Assembly (NCBI GenBank): GCA_951406725.2
Contig: OX597822.1
Location: 62,868,001-62,932,000 of the forward strand
DNA from: Octopus vulgaris
Taxonomy: Eukaryota
Direction: 5' to 3'
DNA: 64,000 nucleotides
Below, one piece after another: positions 26,346 through 40,608 of this stretch. Every line of letters starts with the position of its first letter. Within the stretch, counting starts at the first letter, position 1. Position numbers and translations under genes: made by a program. Below the pieces are notes generated by a model. It was not told the origin of the DNA. It worked only from the letters and a program-made list of their open reading frames with translations, and did not search any database.

Positions 26346-27307
26346 TTTACACTTTACAAAGGATTGTTAGTACGCAATGTTTCAGTATTAGAGAAAGTAT
26401 AGTTATCCCTGGCGTATGGACGGTAAGAGTTAACCAAAGTTCAAGATTTCATTTGCAATTAAGATTATTGTGAATAAATAAATAATAAGAATAACGACGT
26501 GCATAATAAACAGTAAAGGTATATAACCGAGCCAGAAGGAATATATGAATTCAGTCTCTTTCTAAGTGACTTTTAAATAATGATGTACTCATAGTTGAGA
26601 GTAAGGATGTTTGAATAGTATGATTAACGAACGATATTACAAAGAAGCTAATTAGTGCTGAAATGAATAAAGGAACAAAAGATTCTCCAAGTAGATTTAC
26701 AAAATCAAAGCATAGGGAGATAAATGCAATTAATATGTAAATAAAATATAGATAAAAATAGCCATCTGTCTATCATACTAAATGCAACTACATTACGAGA
26801 GGCAAATTAACTGCAGTATTGTCTGAATATAGTATCTCTTGTGGACTTGTTAACGTATTTTTAGAAATAGACTATTAATAGGAAAAGTTACGAATGTGAA
26901 TAATTTTACTAAATAGTGTTGAGAATAAATTCATAAACATTCGTTAATAATAATTATTTTGGTTAATTACTAGAGGTATGAATTTAAAAAGTTTATATAT
27001 ATATATATCGATAGGTGTCTCTAATTATGTATACGTGTCTGTATATATGAAACATAGAGGTCCTCATGAATAATGTTAAGGCAAAGGAGAAAAAAGTATT
27101 TTCAGCAAATTTAATTCATACTTTGAGGAAAGATTTTTATAAGCTGGTCAGATAAATACAATAAATAACAAGTGTAATAAGGAAGTTTGCGTTAGGGTTA
27201 GAAAACTGTAGAATCCGCAAGTTATTGCAATAAACAAGAAGGGGATCAACTGCCATGGCTGATTGAGAGATTAGGGAAATGTAAAACAAAGAAACTTTTA
27301 AGAAATA

Positions 27308-27474
27308 GGCGCAGGAATGGCTGTGTGGTAAGTAGCTTGCTTACCAATCACATGGTTCCGGGTTCTGTCCCACTGCGTGGCACCTTGGGCAAGTGTCTTC
27401 TACTATAGTTTCGGGCCGACCAAAGCCTTGTGAGTGGATTTGGTAAACAGAAACTGAAACAAGCCTGTCGTATG

Positions 27475-27547
<73 letters not shown>

Positions 27548-27748
27548 TTGTGTGTGTGTATGTTTGTGTGTCTGCGTTTGTTCCCCCAACATTGCTTGGC
27601 AACCGATACTGGTGTGTTTACGTCCCCGCAACATTAGCGGTTCGGCAAAAGAGAACGATAGAAATAAGTCTTGGGGTCGATTTGCTCGACTAAAGGCGGT
27701 GCTCCAGCATGGCCACAGTCAAATGACTGAAACAAGTAAAAGAGTAAA
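27308..27748 (+). mobile_element. SINE family A
   Basis: Head and tail intact. Confidence 0.9.
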
Positions 27749-28186
27749 ATGTATGTAAAAAATAATACGAAGTCGAACGCTGTTAGTTAACCCTTTGGTT
27801 GTCCAAAGCCTTTCCATAAATTTACCCTAAGCGTCCGTACATGTTTTCAGGCTTTTAGTCAACCCTTGATTCATATGTTCTGAGCAATATTACCCATTCC
27901 TTTCATATCATATGCAGGGCACGCAAATTGTTAAACCATATAATAGATTTTAAAAAGTAGTTAACCACATTGCAAGATATAAATTAGAGAGTTCAGCTGT
28001 TCAGCATTGTTGAAAGATTATAAGTTGGTATTCATTTGGGTTTAGAGAACAAACTGTTAATTGTTTATATTGGGGCAACAAAAAAATTTTGTGATATACA
28101 AAAATGTTGTGTATTGTCATTGGTATTTTGGATGGTAATGTACAAAAGAGAATTACTTATCAAATTTCAACATTGTATAGCATAAA

Positions 28187-28480
28187 GGTGGTGGCACATG
28201 GCCTAGTGGTTAGAGCAGCGGTCGAGGGATCGCGGGTTCGAATCTCAGACCGGGCGATGTGTGTGTTTATAAGCGAAACACCTAAGCTCCACGCGTCTCC
28301 GGCAGAAGGTAATGGCGAACTTCTGCTGACTCTTTCGCCACAACTTTCTCTCACTCTTTCCTCCTACATCTTGCAGCTCACCTGCGACGAGCCGGCGTCC
28401 CGTCCAGGTGGGGAACCTATACGCCAAGGGGACCGGGAAATCGGCCCTTATGAGCCAGGCATGGCTCGAGAAGACACAAG
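28187..28480 (+). mobile_element. tRNA-derived SINE with a V-domain-like body (related to family B)
   Basis: GGTGGTGGCACATGGCCTAGTGGTTAG..GGTTCGAATCTC head; CCTGCGACGAGCCGGCGTCCCGTCCAGG..GACCGGG. Confidence 0.75.
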
Positions 28481-29090
28481 CAATAGTATAAAGGGATATG
28501 TTACAATTCAGAAGCAATTATGCATTTCTGGATTTTACGTAAATTGTAAATGGGTATTTTAAACTACGTGTCTAACTAGAAGGTAGAGTTCAGTAAAAGA
28601 GGTATCATTCGAACTTTAGTTATATGGATGAGGAAAAGTAGCATAAGTCAGAAGTTAGATTTGGGCTATGTTAGGAAGTAATGGTGTTGTAAGTTTGTAA
28701 GAGATTTAAATATAATCTAGCTACAAGTGATGTGCTCTTACTATATAACTAAATGTAATTTGGAAGCAATAATTCGGTGGAGATAGAGTTTAGGGTAAGT
28801 TGGAGATAGGGGTAAGTTTAGGGTTCCTTCTTTGAACAAGGTACTTCGTTTCGCGTTGCTTCAAAGGGTTTGGGACAAATATGGTCGCCACCTACAGGTG
28901 AGAAGTTTAACTATTCAATGGCGTGAAGTTTCACTATGGACTCGCAGCTACATATTGACCCTGAAAACTGAGAGAAGCTCTGGTCTGATAAATCTGTAAG
29001 TTCAAGCCAGACTTTCACCTATCTTTCAATGTTTCAATTTAGATAGATAGACAGACAGATGTGTGAGAGAGAAATAGATAGAAACATATA

Positions 29091-29191
<101 letters not shown>

Positions 29192-29411
29192 GCAAACATG
29201 TGTGTGTGTGAGAGAGAGAGATATCATGTATAATATATCATTTATTTATTCATTTAAATTCCAGACGCTTACAAAGAAAGAAATTGTCAGCTGCTTTTGG
29301 ATACGTTTGAGGTAAATAATGATGTACACTTCAGTAATTCTTCCACTTTGTATTCTGTTATTCTGTTACATTACTGCCCGTCTGTGTATAAATAAAATAA
29401 ATTTACACATA

Positions 29412-29473
<62 letters not shown>

Positions 29474-29641
29474 AGAGGGATATGTATACGCATGTATATA
29501 TGTATGTATATATATATGAATGTAATTGTTACAGTGATTTTTCATTTGACGTTTTTTTTAAATATATTTTGACAATAATTTGCAGAGATCTTCAAAGACA
29601 AATATCTATACATTTGTTTGGGTGCGTATGTGCGTGTCATT

Positions 29642-29732
<91 letters not shown>

Positions 29733-29962
29733 TTATGCTCATACACATAGCTCAAGGTTTACATAGGCAAGAAATTAATGTTAAAAATGTGCTATTGAAC
29801 TGTTCATTTAACGAGGGTACAATGAAAAACTGAAAGACCTTGTTACTCGTTGCTAAACAGTATTTAAGAAGAAAAAAACGGTGCAGCTTCTGTATAGCAA
29901 TTAAATTTTATCACGAACGCTTAACGTCGTATATATATATCATACATTATACACTATGATTA

Positions 29963-30026
<64 letters not shown>

Positions 30027-30090
30027 GGAGTAAACACATAAATGTGAAACAAGATGGAAAAAAGAGTACTCAAATACCAGGGGTAGAGTA

Positions 30091-30280
30091 ATATGCTTTA
30101 TTTAAAGCAGCAGAAATTCAACAAAACCTGTTACTTGGAGTTTCACGTTCCCGTTCGTCGGACAGTTTTTGTTAAAATATTTTAACAAAGTATTTTAACG
30201 AAAACTGTCCGACAAACGGGAACGTGAAACTCCGAGTAACAGGTTTTGTTGAATTTCTGATGCTTTTAAATAAAGTATAT
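30091..30280. repeat. Fold-back with arms of about 89 bp, each carrying a hammerhead motif (30128..30165 minus, 30205..30242 plus), embedded in (TA)n
   Basis: CTGT-CCGAC(G/A)A-ACG-GGAA-CGT-GAAA-CTCC(G/A)AG-TA/ACAG in both arms. Confidence 0.85.
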
Positions 30281-30534
30281 ATATATATATATATAATATG
30301 TATGAGAAAGAGAGATTACTGTGAAGATCCATGATTCAGTGGTTAGGGTGTCGGGTTTACAATCGGTGGCATGGAAAGATGCTAGTATAAATGTGCGACT
30401 GCTGGTCTTCCACAATCTTGCCCGGGCTTATATATATCATGACGGGTAGTCATGATGGGTATATTGAGCTTCGTATATTTTATCCCAGTATCACTTTGAT
30501 GGCATGCACCGCTCTCTCACTCAATAATAATGAT

Positions 30535-30880
30535 AATCCTTTCTACTAAAAGCACAAGGCCTGAAATTTGGGGGAGGGGACTAGTCGATTATATCGACTC
30601 CCGTCCGTAACAGGTACTTAATTTATCAACTCCGAAAGGGTGAAAGGCAAAGTCTACAACATTGTAAAAAGGATTATTATCATTATTAACGGCAGAGAGC
30701 TGGCAAAATCTTTACCACGCCCGACAAAATAAGTAGCGGCATTTCACCCGTTTCTACGTTCAGAGTTCAAAATCTGCCAAAGTCGACTTTGCGTTTCATC
30801 CTTACCGGGGAGTTTAAATAGGTATCAGCCAAGCAGCGGAGTCGATGAAATTGTATAGACCCCTCCACCTAAAAATTTCA
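30535..30880. mobile_element. Two family-C SINE pieces in opposite orientation
   Basis: Minus piece at about 30535-30660, plus piece at about 30688-30880. Confidence 0.7.
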
Positions 30881-31512
30881 GGCCGTCGTCGTCGTAGTTG
30901 TCGGTGGCGTTGTTGTTTTTGCTACGGCTGTTGCTATTTACTGCAAATTTCAATCAACCACATATTTCATCTCAATTCTGTTCAAGGAAACCTACTAACT
31001 TTATGAAAGCAATAGACTTAACATTACAAAAGCTTAAAGATTAATTTGCTTTTCAATTTTTGACCTGAACACATTAGGTTGCCTTTTATTACTGTCTTCT
31101 TTTTTATCACTTTCATCCTTCAACAAAATGAAATCATGTGTCTCTGACCTAAGTCATTCTTATTTATTTTTTTCATTTATCGTTAAATTCCTCAAACCCC
31201 TTTGGAATTTCATTGCAATTGAAACAAAAACACTATCAAGAAGTCAATAATGATTGCTTTTCTTGTGTTTATTCTTTTATACTTTTTTACATTTTGTCTT
31301 TGTTTCTCTCTTCAATCTTGTAGTAACACTAAGGATTCGGAATTTATAAAAGATAATGTTAAGATTGCTTCCCCATTTCTATACTATATATTCAGAAACT
31401 AAAACCGCAATATCACATTAGTTTGAAAATACCGTAAGTACCGTAAACTGAAAACATGCTGCAATTTGTATGTATGTTAATACACGCGCGCGCACACACA
31501 TGTATATGTATT

Positions 31513-31572
<60 letters not shown>

Positions 31573-31574
31573 CT

Positions 31575-31810
31575 TAGTATCACATGACCGACCAGACCAT
31601 CAGATGTTGTTACACATCGCTGGTCACAATGCGTTCGCATTGCTTTAGAGTGGTGAAAGAGTACAGCCGTGATGACCACCCCCTGCCGGAGCGTCGTGGA
31701 GTTTTTAGTGTTTTGCTCAATAAACACTCACAACGCCCGGTCTGGGAATCGAAACCGCGATCCTGCGACCGCGAGTCCGCTGCCCCTAACCACTGGGCCA
31801 TTGCGCCTCC
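31575..31810 (-). mobile_element. SINE family B (tRNA-Arg-like head, octopus OR-like)
   Basis: Minus strand: GGAGGCGCAATGGCCCAGTGGTTAGGGGCAGCGGACTCGCGGTCGCAGGATCGCGGTTTCGATTCCCAG. Confidence 0.85.
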
Positions 31811-31816
31811 ACACAC

Positions 31817-32164
<348 letters not shown>

Positions 32165-32217
32165 CTGTTTCAACACACGACTTCACATAAAAAATCTTGC
32201 ACAACAAATATTTAAAC

Positions 32218-32303
<86 letters not shown>

Positions 32304-32452
32304 TAAATATGGCTAGGGTGTTAGAAGTCCATTACAGCATTTTAACTCTCATTTCTAGCCATGTAGAAGTGTCTCTAACACCTTAGTCGTATTTAATGAA
32401 ATTATAGGTTTCCTTTTTGGTAAAGCATTACACAATTCTGTCTATATTAATT

Positions 32453-32544
<92 letters not shown>

Positions 32545-32646
32545 CTTCTTGGAAGAGGATGCGTGGCGTTCAATCATATAATAATATAAATAGTATATAT
32601 ATATATGCATATATACGTACGTATATATACATACTTACATCTATAC

Positions 32647-32704
<58 letters not shown>

Positions 32705-32707
<3 letters not shown>

Positions 32708-33720
32708 TATGCGGGTACAGGACGTCACGAAACGTGTACAACAAAAAATATACGAAGCCCAAGAACATGGAACATAAACTATTCTTTCGAACAACAAAAG
32801 ACACAAATGGAAAACAAAACAAACAACATAAAGAACTACCCTTCATCTGTTGCTGGCTGTTTTTCTAGTCTCGTTATTTCGAGCATTTAACAACAATATA
32901 CGCTTTCGATAAAACAGTTGCTCTTGCAAAGCAAATTAAATAAAATTAAGATTTTGCGGAGGGTCACAAACATGACTGTGAAAACAAGCAGGAAGAGCTG
33001 CTAAGCCTAAACGAGGTTGTGGTGGCGAACGCGTAAATCAAGCTAGGACAGGATACAGACAAGAACACGTCTTCCTTGTTCCAGCTACAACGAAGAGAAA
33101 GAAAGAAAGATGGCCGATGCTCACGTGAGAGCCACGTGAGCAAGGGATCAGGAATAAGGGAGAGAGAGTGACAGAGTAATAGCATAGAATAGTCGGAGAA
33201 GGGGCGGTAAAAGAATGAGAGAGAGAAAAACGAAAGAGTAAAAAGATCGTATAGAGTGCGCATCAGAATTATTAAGATACATTGTCAAACTGATCTCAGG
33301 CAGTGTTGTGCTGTGTGATTCTATATGTAAGAGATTTGGGTGTCTGGGAGTGAGGTTGGGGTTTGTTAGTGAGTGGGGTAGTGAAGGAGTGTTGATGAAC
33401 AAGAGCTGAAAGAAAATAGTGAATAGTAAAAGAAAGATAATCCATTGAGAGTGTAGTTGGAAGCGGTGGGGTGTTCAAGCAATGTTTTACGAAGGGCTTA
33501 TGAAAGAGAACCTCCTGCTGGTTCCATTTGAATAGGTGGCCTTTAGTGAAAATATTATGGTTACATGTTTTTCAAATTCCTCACTTATGGCTGAATCAAC
33601 TATCTTAATTTTATAAAGAGAAACTTCAGTAATTTGCTATGTTAAAATGAGTTTAGGTTTGTGTCTGAGGAGGTGGTGTTAATGAGATGTAAGATACATG
33701 TCTTTTCATAAAAAAGGAGG
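32705..33720 (-). mobile_element. Probable PLE 3' end / pseudo-LTR relic
   Basis: Decayed GIY-YIG C-terminus-like coding near 33490-33700 and a CAGATGAAGGG core-like remnant near 32838-32850. Abuts (TA)n. Confidence 0.4.
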
Positions 33721-33864
33721 TGATTAAAAAATGGGGTTGATTTTGGAATGCTTGTTGATAGAAATGTATTTTTTATATTGGTTTGGGAAGGAGATGAGTG
33801 AGATCATGCTAGTTTACATATTTACTTCCCTACATATAAATATACAAAAATGTATACATACATT

Positions 33865-33919
<55 letters not shown>

Positions 33920-34093
33920 TCATATATATATATACATATACATATACATAAATATGTACAGCCGTGATGACTACCCCCTGCCGGAGCATATATATATTCC
34001 AGTTCATACCCATATACTTGCTCATGCATTCACACCTGCGTATTTATATATGCCCAGATACACCTGCATACGCACTAGATCTACCTGTATATG

Positions 34094-34157
<64 letters not shown>

Positions 34158-35250
34158 CTAGCAGTATCGCCCGGCGTTGCTCGGGTTTGTGAGGGAAATA
34201 ACTATATAAGCATTTTTAGTGAGTTATAGCAAAAAAATAGCAAAAAATGCATTAAAAATGGAATAAAAAATGATGGTAATTCTTTTTTAAATCGTTGACT
34301 CATCGTAGACATTTTTTAGAGAGTTACTTCCCTTATATAATAGCGAAAATGCATTAAAATGGAATAAAAAATGATGGTAATTTTTTTTTTTAATCGTAGA
34401 CTCATCGTAGATGCGCGCTAATACCCAGAAGGGCTCGATATGAATCACGACTATAAGATACCCGGTTTTGGTTACACTGCACCGCAAAATGTGGGAGTAG
34501 TTAGGAATCTAAATCGTAGGAGACAGACACACAACCTTACTTTTATATATAAAGATTTGTGCAACAACTAAAACATTCGGTTGTGCAAATTGTTTGCACA
34601 GGAAACCTGCCCTGTGTGGCGGTAATTGCCGTTTTTGTGGATCTGTTTCAGCTTTTTTTAGCGATTTCTGTTTTGGCGACTTCAAGCCATGAAGTCGTTG
34701 TTCTAAAAGAACGCTGGTCTCCTTGACAACGCATTACGACGTTGATTTCCTTACACTCCCTTCCTCACAGCTTCACGAGGGAGGGAAGAAGGAGGAGAAG
34801 CAACACAGGTGCAGATGTGAGCATGAACTCCGCCGCCATCGACACACGAAAAAATATGCATTAAAATGGAATTAAAAAAATGATGTTAAATTATTTTTAA
34901 AATCGTAGACTCATCGTAGACGCGCGCTAATACCCAGACGGGCTTGATATGAATCACGACTATAAGACACCTGAATTTGGTTAAACTGCACCGCAAAATG
35001 TGGGAGTAGTTAGGAATTTAAATCGAAGGGGACAGACACTCACACAACTACAGTTTTATATATATAGATTTCAGCTTTTTTAGCGATTTCTGTTTTAACG
35101 ACTTCAAGCCATGAAGTCGTTGTTCTAAAAGAACGCTGGTCTCCTTGACAACGCATTACGACGTTGATTTCCTTACACTCCCTTCCTCACAGCTTCACGA
35201 GGGAGGGAAGAAGGGGGAGAAGCAACACAGGTGCAGATGTGAGCATGGAC
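34158..35250 (-). mobile_element. Non-autonomous Helitron 34158..34555 followed by tandem partial copies (34645..35068, 35070..35250)
   Basis: A|CTAG end with CCCGGCGTTGCTCGGG hairpin; TC ends at 34555 and 35068; shared internal blocks. Confidence 0.85.
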
Positions 35251-35812
35251 GCAGTTTGCCAGAAACAAGAAAATATCTTTCCCTCTGAAACACGACCAGA
35301 ATTCCATCATTCATAATGCGATCAAAGAATGGAATGAACAAAATCTGGCAAAAGAAGCTTTTAAGAAAATAAACCTTATGAAAAATATTTGGAACCAATT
35401 ACAAAGTCAGAGAAAACAGGCATACTGGAAAGCCTTGAGGAATGAAAACCTTGCAGACACATACAAGATATGGTGAAGTAAGGAACAAGTCGTCTTCTCA
35501 AGAAAATTCTATATTAAAGATATAACATTGGAACCAAACGAAGAAACCAAAATACGATTAAATCTAGTACTCAAGAAACTTGAGACTGAAATCACCCTCC
35601 TCCATCTAAGAGTGCCAAAATTCAAAGAAAAATTTGAAAAGTGCGACAGCATCATTCGAAAAGAAATAAACAAAAGAAGTAAGAACAACGTGTATGAAAA
35701 ATTATTTGACCTATGGAAGACCGATACAACTCGAGAGGAATTAAAATCGAAGAAAATCTTGGAGCTAAGAACACAATGGCTGCAAGAATATGAAAAGAAC
35801 TATAGGAAAGGT
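35250..35812 (+). pseudogene. Decayed coiled-coil ORF, probably a LINE ORF1 fragment
   Basis: Continuous frame NAIKEWNEQ...RKQAYWKALRNENLADTYKIW*SKEQ...EYEKNYRK with one internal stop; flanked by other TE pieces. Confidence 0.4.
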
Positions 35813-35819
35813 CAAATAA

Positions 35820-36030
35820 AACTCAGAAATTTCGATTGACGGTCTGGCCCTGGGGGAATTATTCTCGATTCGATGCACAATACCATGGATGTCGAAGAAT
35901 ACAATGAGAATGCTCTTGATTGAGCTGCGGCTCTGTCATGCCTTCTTCGGTCGTGGAGATGAAGGCGTCTTCCATTGTGACAACTGCTGCTTCATTTCAG
36001 GGTCGTACTCGAAGACCCAACTCTCGTCAA
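35820..36030 (-). mobile_element. Mariner transposase catalytic-domain fragment
   Basis: DESWVFEYDPEMKQQLSQWKTPSSPRPKKA..SIKSILIVFFDIHGIVH..GQTVN. Confidence 0.85.
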
Positions 36031-36121
36031 GGGTGCTATTGAAATACGTTGACTCTATCATTAATAAGGAGTTCACTTTTCACATCAACTTGTTTGCATT
36101 AGTGTATTCAGAATGTGCGCT

Positions 36122-36169
<48 letters not shown>

Positions 36170-36172
<3 letters not shown>

Positions 36173-36660
36173 GCAGTATCGCCTGGCGTTGCTCGGGTTT
36201 GTAAGGGAAATAACTATATAAGCATTTTTAGAGAGTTACTTCCCTTATAAATTCGGGCTTTCTTAGCCATTTTTGTTTTGGTGTCTTCAAGCCATGAAGT
36301 CGTTGTTCTAAAAGAACGCTGGTTTCCTTCACAACGCATTACGACGTTGATTTCTTTACACTCCCTTCCCCACAGCTTCACGAGGGAGGGAAGAGGGAGA
36401 AGCAAACAGGTGCAGCTGTGAGCGTGGACGCCAACTCCGCCGCCATCGACATACGATGCATTTTATGCATTAAAATGGAATAAAAAATGATGTTAAATAA
36501 TTTTTAAAATCGTAGACTCATCGTTGACGCGCGCTAATAGTCAGACGGGCTCGATATGAATCACGACTATAAGATACCCGAATTTGGTTAAACTGCACCG
36601 CAAAATGTGGGAGGAGTTAGGAATCTAAATCGAAGGGGACAGACACTCACACAACTAGAG

Positions 36661-36668
<8 letters not shown>
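36170..36668 (-). mobile_element. Non-autonomous Helitron, same family as 34158
   Basis: Same hairpin and internal blocks; terminal CTAG mutated. Confidence 0.8.
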
Positions 36669-36733
<65 letters not shown>

Positions 36734-36736
<3 letters not shown>

Positions 36737-37960
36737 GGTGCGATGGGTAAATTGTCGCCATTTTATATTTTAAATTTCGCATATACGCATTGTTTGTTTT
36801 TGATCTTGTCGACTACACAGTATAGTGGGGTCAGTTCGGCACCGTTTGTGACACAAACAGCACCATGCCGCAATTCACTCTGCCAGAAATTTGGAAACGA
36901 CATGCTGTACTGCTTGGCATTCCCACCTGATGCTCCAATACGAACATTTCAGAGAGTTTGGGTGTCAATCTGAGGAGAGTGCAGAAGATTTAAAAAGCGT
37001 TGAGTGAGTTCAATAGTGATGACGAAGGTACGGCTTCTCGGAAAACACACTCTGATCGTTCTAATAAGAAAATAAGCTCTGAATTTGTTGGTGAGATACA
37101 GGCCATGATTGACAACGATCCCTCCAAGCCAGTCAGGTCCATCACCAAGGAGTGTCTGAGTTTCTTACCAGACAGGTAGTGCATGAAGACATTCGGTATT
37201 CCTCATAAAAGATGAGAAACGGCCAACTTTTATCCCAAGCCATCAAGGACAAAAGGAAAGACTGCGCTATGAAGCTTTTGAACAAACTCAAGCATCTTTC
37301 CCCCAACCGAAGATGATTTGGTTTTTCGCAGGCGAGAAAATGTTCTGCCATGATCAGATGGTGAACTCACAGAACAACCGTTGGCTTGCCGTGTCTCCAA
37401 AACATGTACGATAGTGATAAAACCAAACATCCAATCAACATCATGGTGTTTGGAGTGATCACTAATGATGGCGACGTTATTCCACCATTCATCTTTCTCA
37501 CACGGCTCCACACTCAAAACGGAGGTTTACATCAAGTGCCTGGAGGAGGTAGTGATGCTCTAAGTCAAGAGAGTGGCTGGTGGAAAACTCTACGTTTGGT
37601 GACAGGATTCTGCACCATGCCACACAAGCAGTAGAATCCAGTTATGGCTGTCAGACAATTATTACGACAACATTATCCCTAACATCTGGCCACCTAACTC
37701 CCCAGACTACAACCCTCTTAATTATTATGTGTGAGGCGCAGTTGAGTAAGAGACCAACAAGACCGTCCAGAAGAGCTGTAGGAGATTCCGAAGTCGTCCA
37801 GAGGCCGTAGTTGAAACCAATGGCGATTTTATTGAATAAATTTAATCTTTAGTATTTCAAGATATTTTTATGCAACTTTAGCAAATATATATTCTAAAAT
37901 GAGATGTCAGTGTTATTTTCATTTTTGCGTTATTTAGACGACACTATATACACCGCACCC

Positions 37961-37962
<2 letters not shown>
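36734..37962 (+). mobile_element. Tc1/mariner element, maT (DD37D)-like, full length with decayed transposase
   Basis: TIRs CAGGGTGCG...CGCACCCTG; motifs KTKHPINIMVFGVITNDG, QDSAPCH, WPPNSPDYNPL in shifting frames. Confidence 0.85.
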
Positions 37963-37964
<2 letters not shown>

Positions 37965-38025
<61 letters not shown>

Positions 38026-38188
38026 CATACATATGTATACATATGTGTGTGTATGTGTGTGAATGTATGTATGGTATATATATTTATATATGTATGTATA
38101 TACATTTATATATGTATGTATATATATATATGTATGTAAATACATATATATATATGCATATACATATACGTATGTATATATATATATA

Positions 38189-38239
<51 letters not shown>

Positions 38240-38403
38240 CATACATATGTATACATATGTGTGTGTATGTGTGTGAATGTATGTATGGATATATATTTAT
38301 ATATGTATGTATATACATTGCGCATACTATATGTATATATATATATGTATGTAAATACATATATATGTATGCATATACATATACGTATGTATATATATAT
38401 ATA

Positions 38404-38459
<56 letters not shown>

Positions 38460-38734
38460 TAATACATACATATGTATACATATGTGTGTGTAAGTGTGTG
38501 AATGTATGTATGGATATATATTTATATATATATGTATATACATTTATATATGTATATATATATATGTATAAAATCATATATATGTATCGGTATACATATA
38601 CGTATGTATATTATATATATATTTCATATATATATATAATATATATACATATATGTATTTGTGTGTATATATATATATATAATATATATATATATATATG
38701 CATATATATATATATATGCATATATATATATATT

Positions 38735-38776
<42 letters not shown>

Positions 38777-38838
38777 TAATACATACATATGTATACATAT
38801 GTGTTTGTAAGTGTGTGAATGTATGTATGGATATATAT
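37965..38838. repeat. Higher-order minisatellite (unit about 215-320 bp) built from TA/TATG microsatellites
   Basis: TAATACATACATATGTATACATATGTGT..GTGTGTGAATGTATGTATGG recurs at about 38021, 38235, 38460 and 38777. Confidence 0.85.
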
Positions 38839-38867
38839 TCATAATTTGAAACTGACTTATTGAAGTC

Positions 38868-38909
38868 CACCTGAAGATTGTCGATCAATCACAAGAAACG
38901 ATTGTAGTT
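38868..38909 (+). ncRNA. Type-I hammerhead motif with weak stem I
   Basis: CAC-CTGAAGA-TTGTCGATCAATCACAA-GAAA-CGATTG-TA/GT; core intact. Confidence 0.7.
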
Positions 38910-39025
38910 TTTTTGACTATTTATTAAAATTCTTATGTATTGTATGCGGCAAAGTCTTTCCTTTTTTAAGCCCTTTTATATAATATATATATTATATGTA
39001 AATCATCTATATAATATACATATAC

Positions 39026-39107
<82 letters not shown>

Positions 39108-39120
39108 GATATATATGCAG

Positions 39121-39162
<42 letters not shown>

Positions 39163-39611
39163 ACATAATGCACGTGTGTATGTATGTATTATGCGAGCCT
39201 GGATGAGATGACAGGGGAATGTTGCGTTGCACTTTTTAGGATGCAGTTATTCCAATTATACATTTCATTTTGCTGTTTTTATGCTGTGTTATGTTACTTA
39301 TTCATTTTTTTTTTTTATTAACTTAAACCTATTTCAAAACACACGAATGTTTATACCTTTTTGCTATGATTTCCCTACAGAATATGAAAAAAGAATAACA
39401 TTACAAACACAAAATATTCTTGGAAAATATAACTAATTCAGTGAGGTTCAATGTATTTTATTGAAAGGTACGCTTGTGAACTTACAAATTATCTACACTT
39501 GAAAATGTCAGCAAAATTTCGTGAAAAACTTTTGAAATTATTTCATTATCCACAAAGAGAATACGGAGTGTTTATACATACATTTATGTGAATATGTATG
39601 TGCGTTTGTGT

Positions 39612-39657
<46 letters not shown>

Positions 39658-39727
39658 GTATATATATATATATGTATATGTATATATATGTGTATATATA
39701 TGTGTGTGTGTGTGAGCATATTTAAGC

Positions 39728-39799
<72 letters not shown>

Positions 39800-39897
39800 T
39801 GTCTGTATCTATACGATATATACACACATATATGCATGAATATAGGCGTGTATATGAAGACGCGTGTGTATGTGTGTGTACATATACACCTACGTGC

Positions 39898-39988
<91 letters not shown>

Positions 39989-40473
39989 TACACATATGCT
40001 ATATCTTGTGGTTATGCGCTTATGCTTGTATTTGTGGATTAATGTTTACGTGTTTTTTAAGCCGTTTCCAATGTTATGTTTCGTGACGTCTATATCCTTC
40101 ATACTCTTCCTTTCGTTCGTTGAACTACAATGTTGCATATCATCAAAACTTGACATGCACTGAAACTCGCAATTTCATGAAGCTAAATAAAGAAATGTAG
40201 AGGTTTTAGAAGGCATATCTATTTCAATACTGACTGAGTTTAGATTTTCGTGCAGTCAAAAGAGTTAACAGTTTCATATTTAACATCTTTAAATATCATA
40301 TCATTTATGATCATTTAGCTTCTCTGTAATAAAAACATTACGTACTTTCCGGCATTTTTTATCACATATTATCACCTCCAGACATATGTTACGCATACAC
40401 GCGCACACACACACATGCATAAATATATATGTATGTATTTATGGTACTTACAGAGAATCATATGCATGTATAT

Positions 40474-40525
<52 letters not shown>

Positions 40526-40554
40526 ACAGATAGATGCGAGCGTGCTCATATATG

Positions 40555-40605
<51 letters not shown>

Positions 40606-40608
<3 letters not shown>

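Noticed and set aside
31730-31810. tRNA-Arg gene
   Set aside because: The tRNA-like head runs into a SINE body, lacks a proper acceptor stem, and recurs at 47020-47099.
37930-39995. Long YI/CV/HT/LSIY-repeat ORFs here and throughout the track
   Set aside because: They are translations of (TA)n, (CA)n, (GATA)n and (TACA)n microsatellites, which lack stops in some frames.
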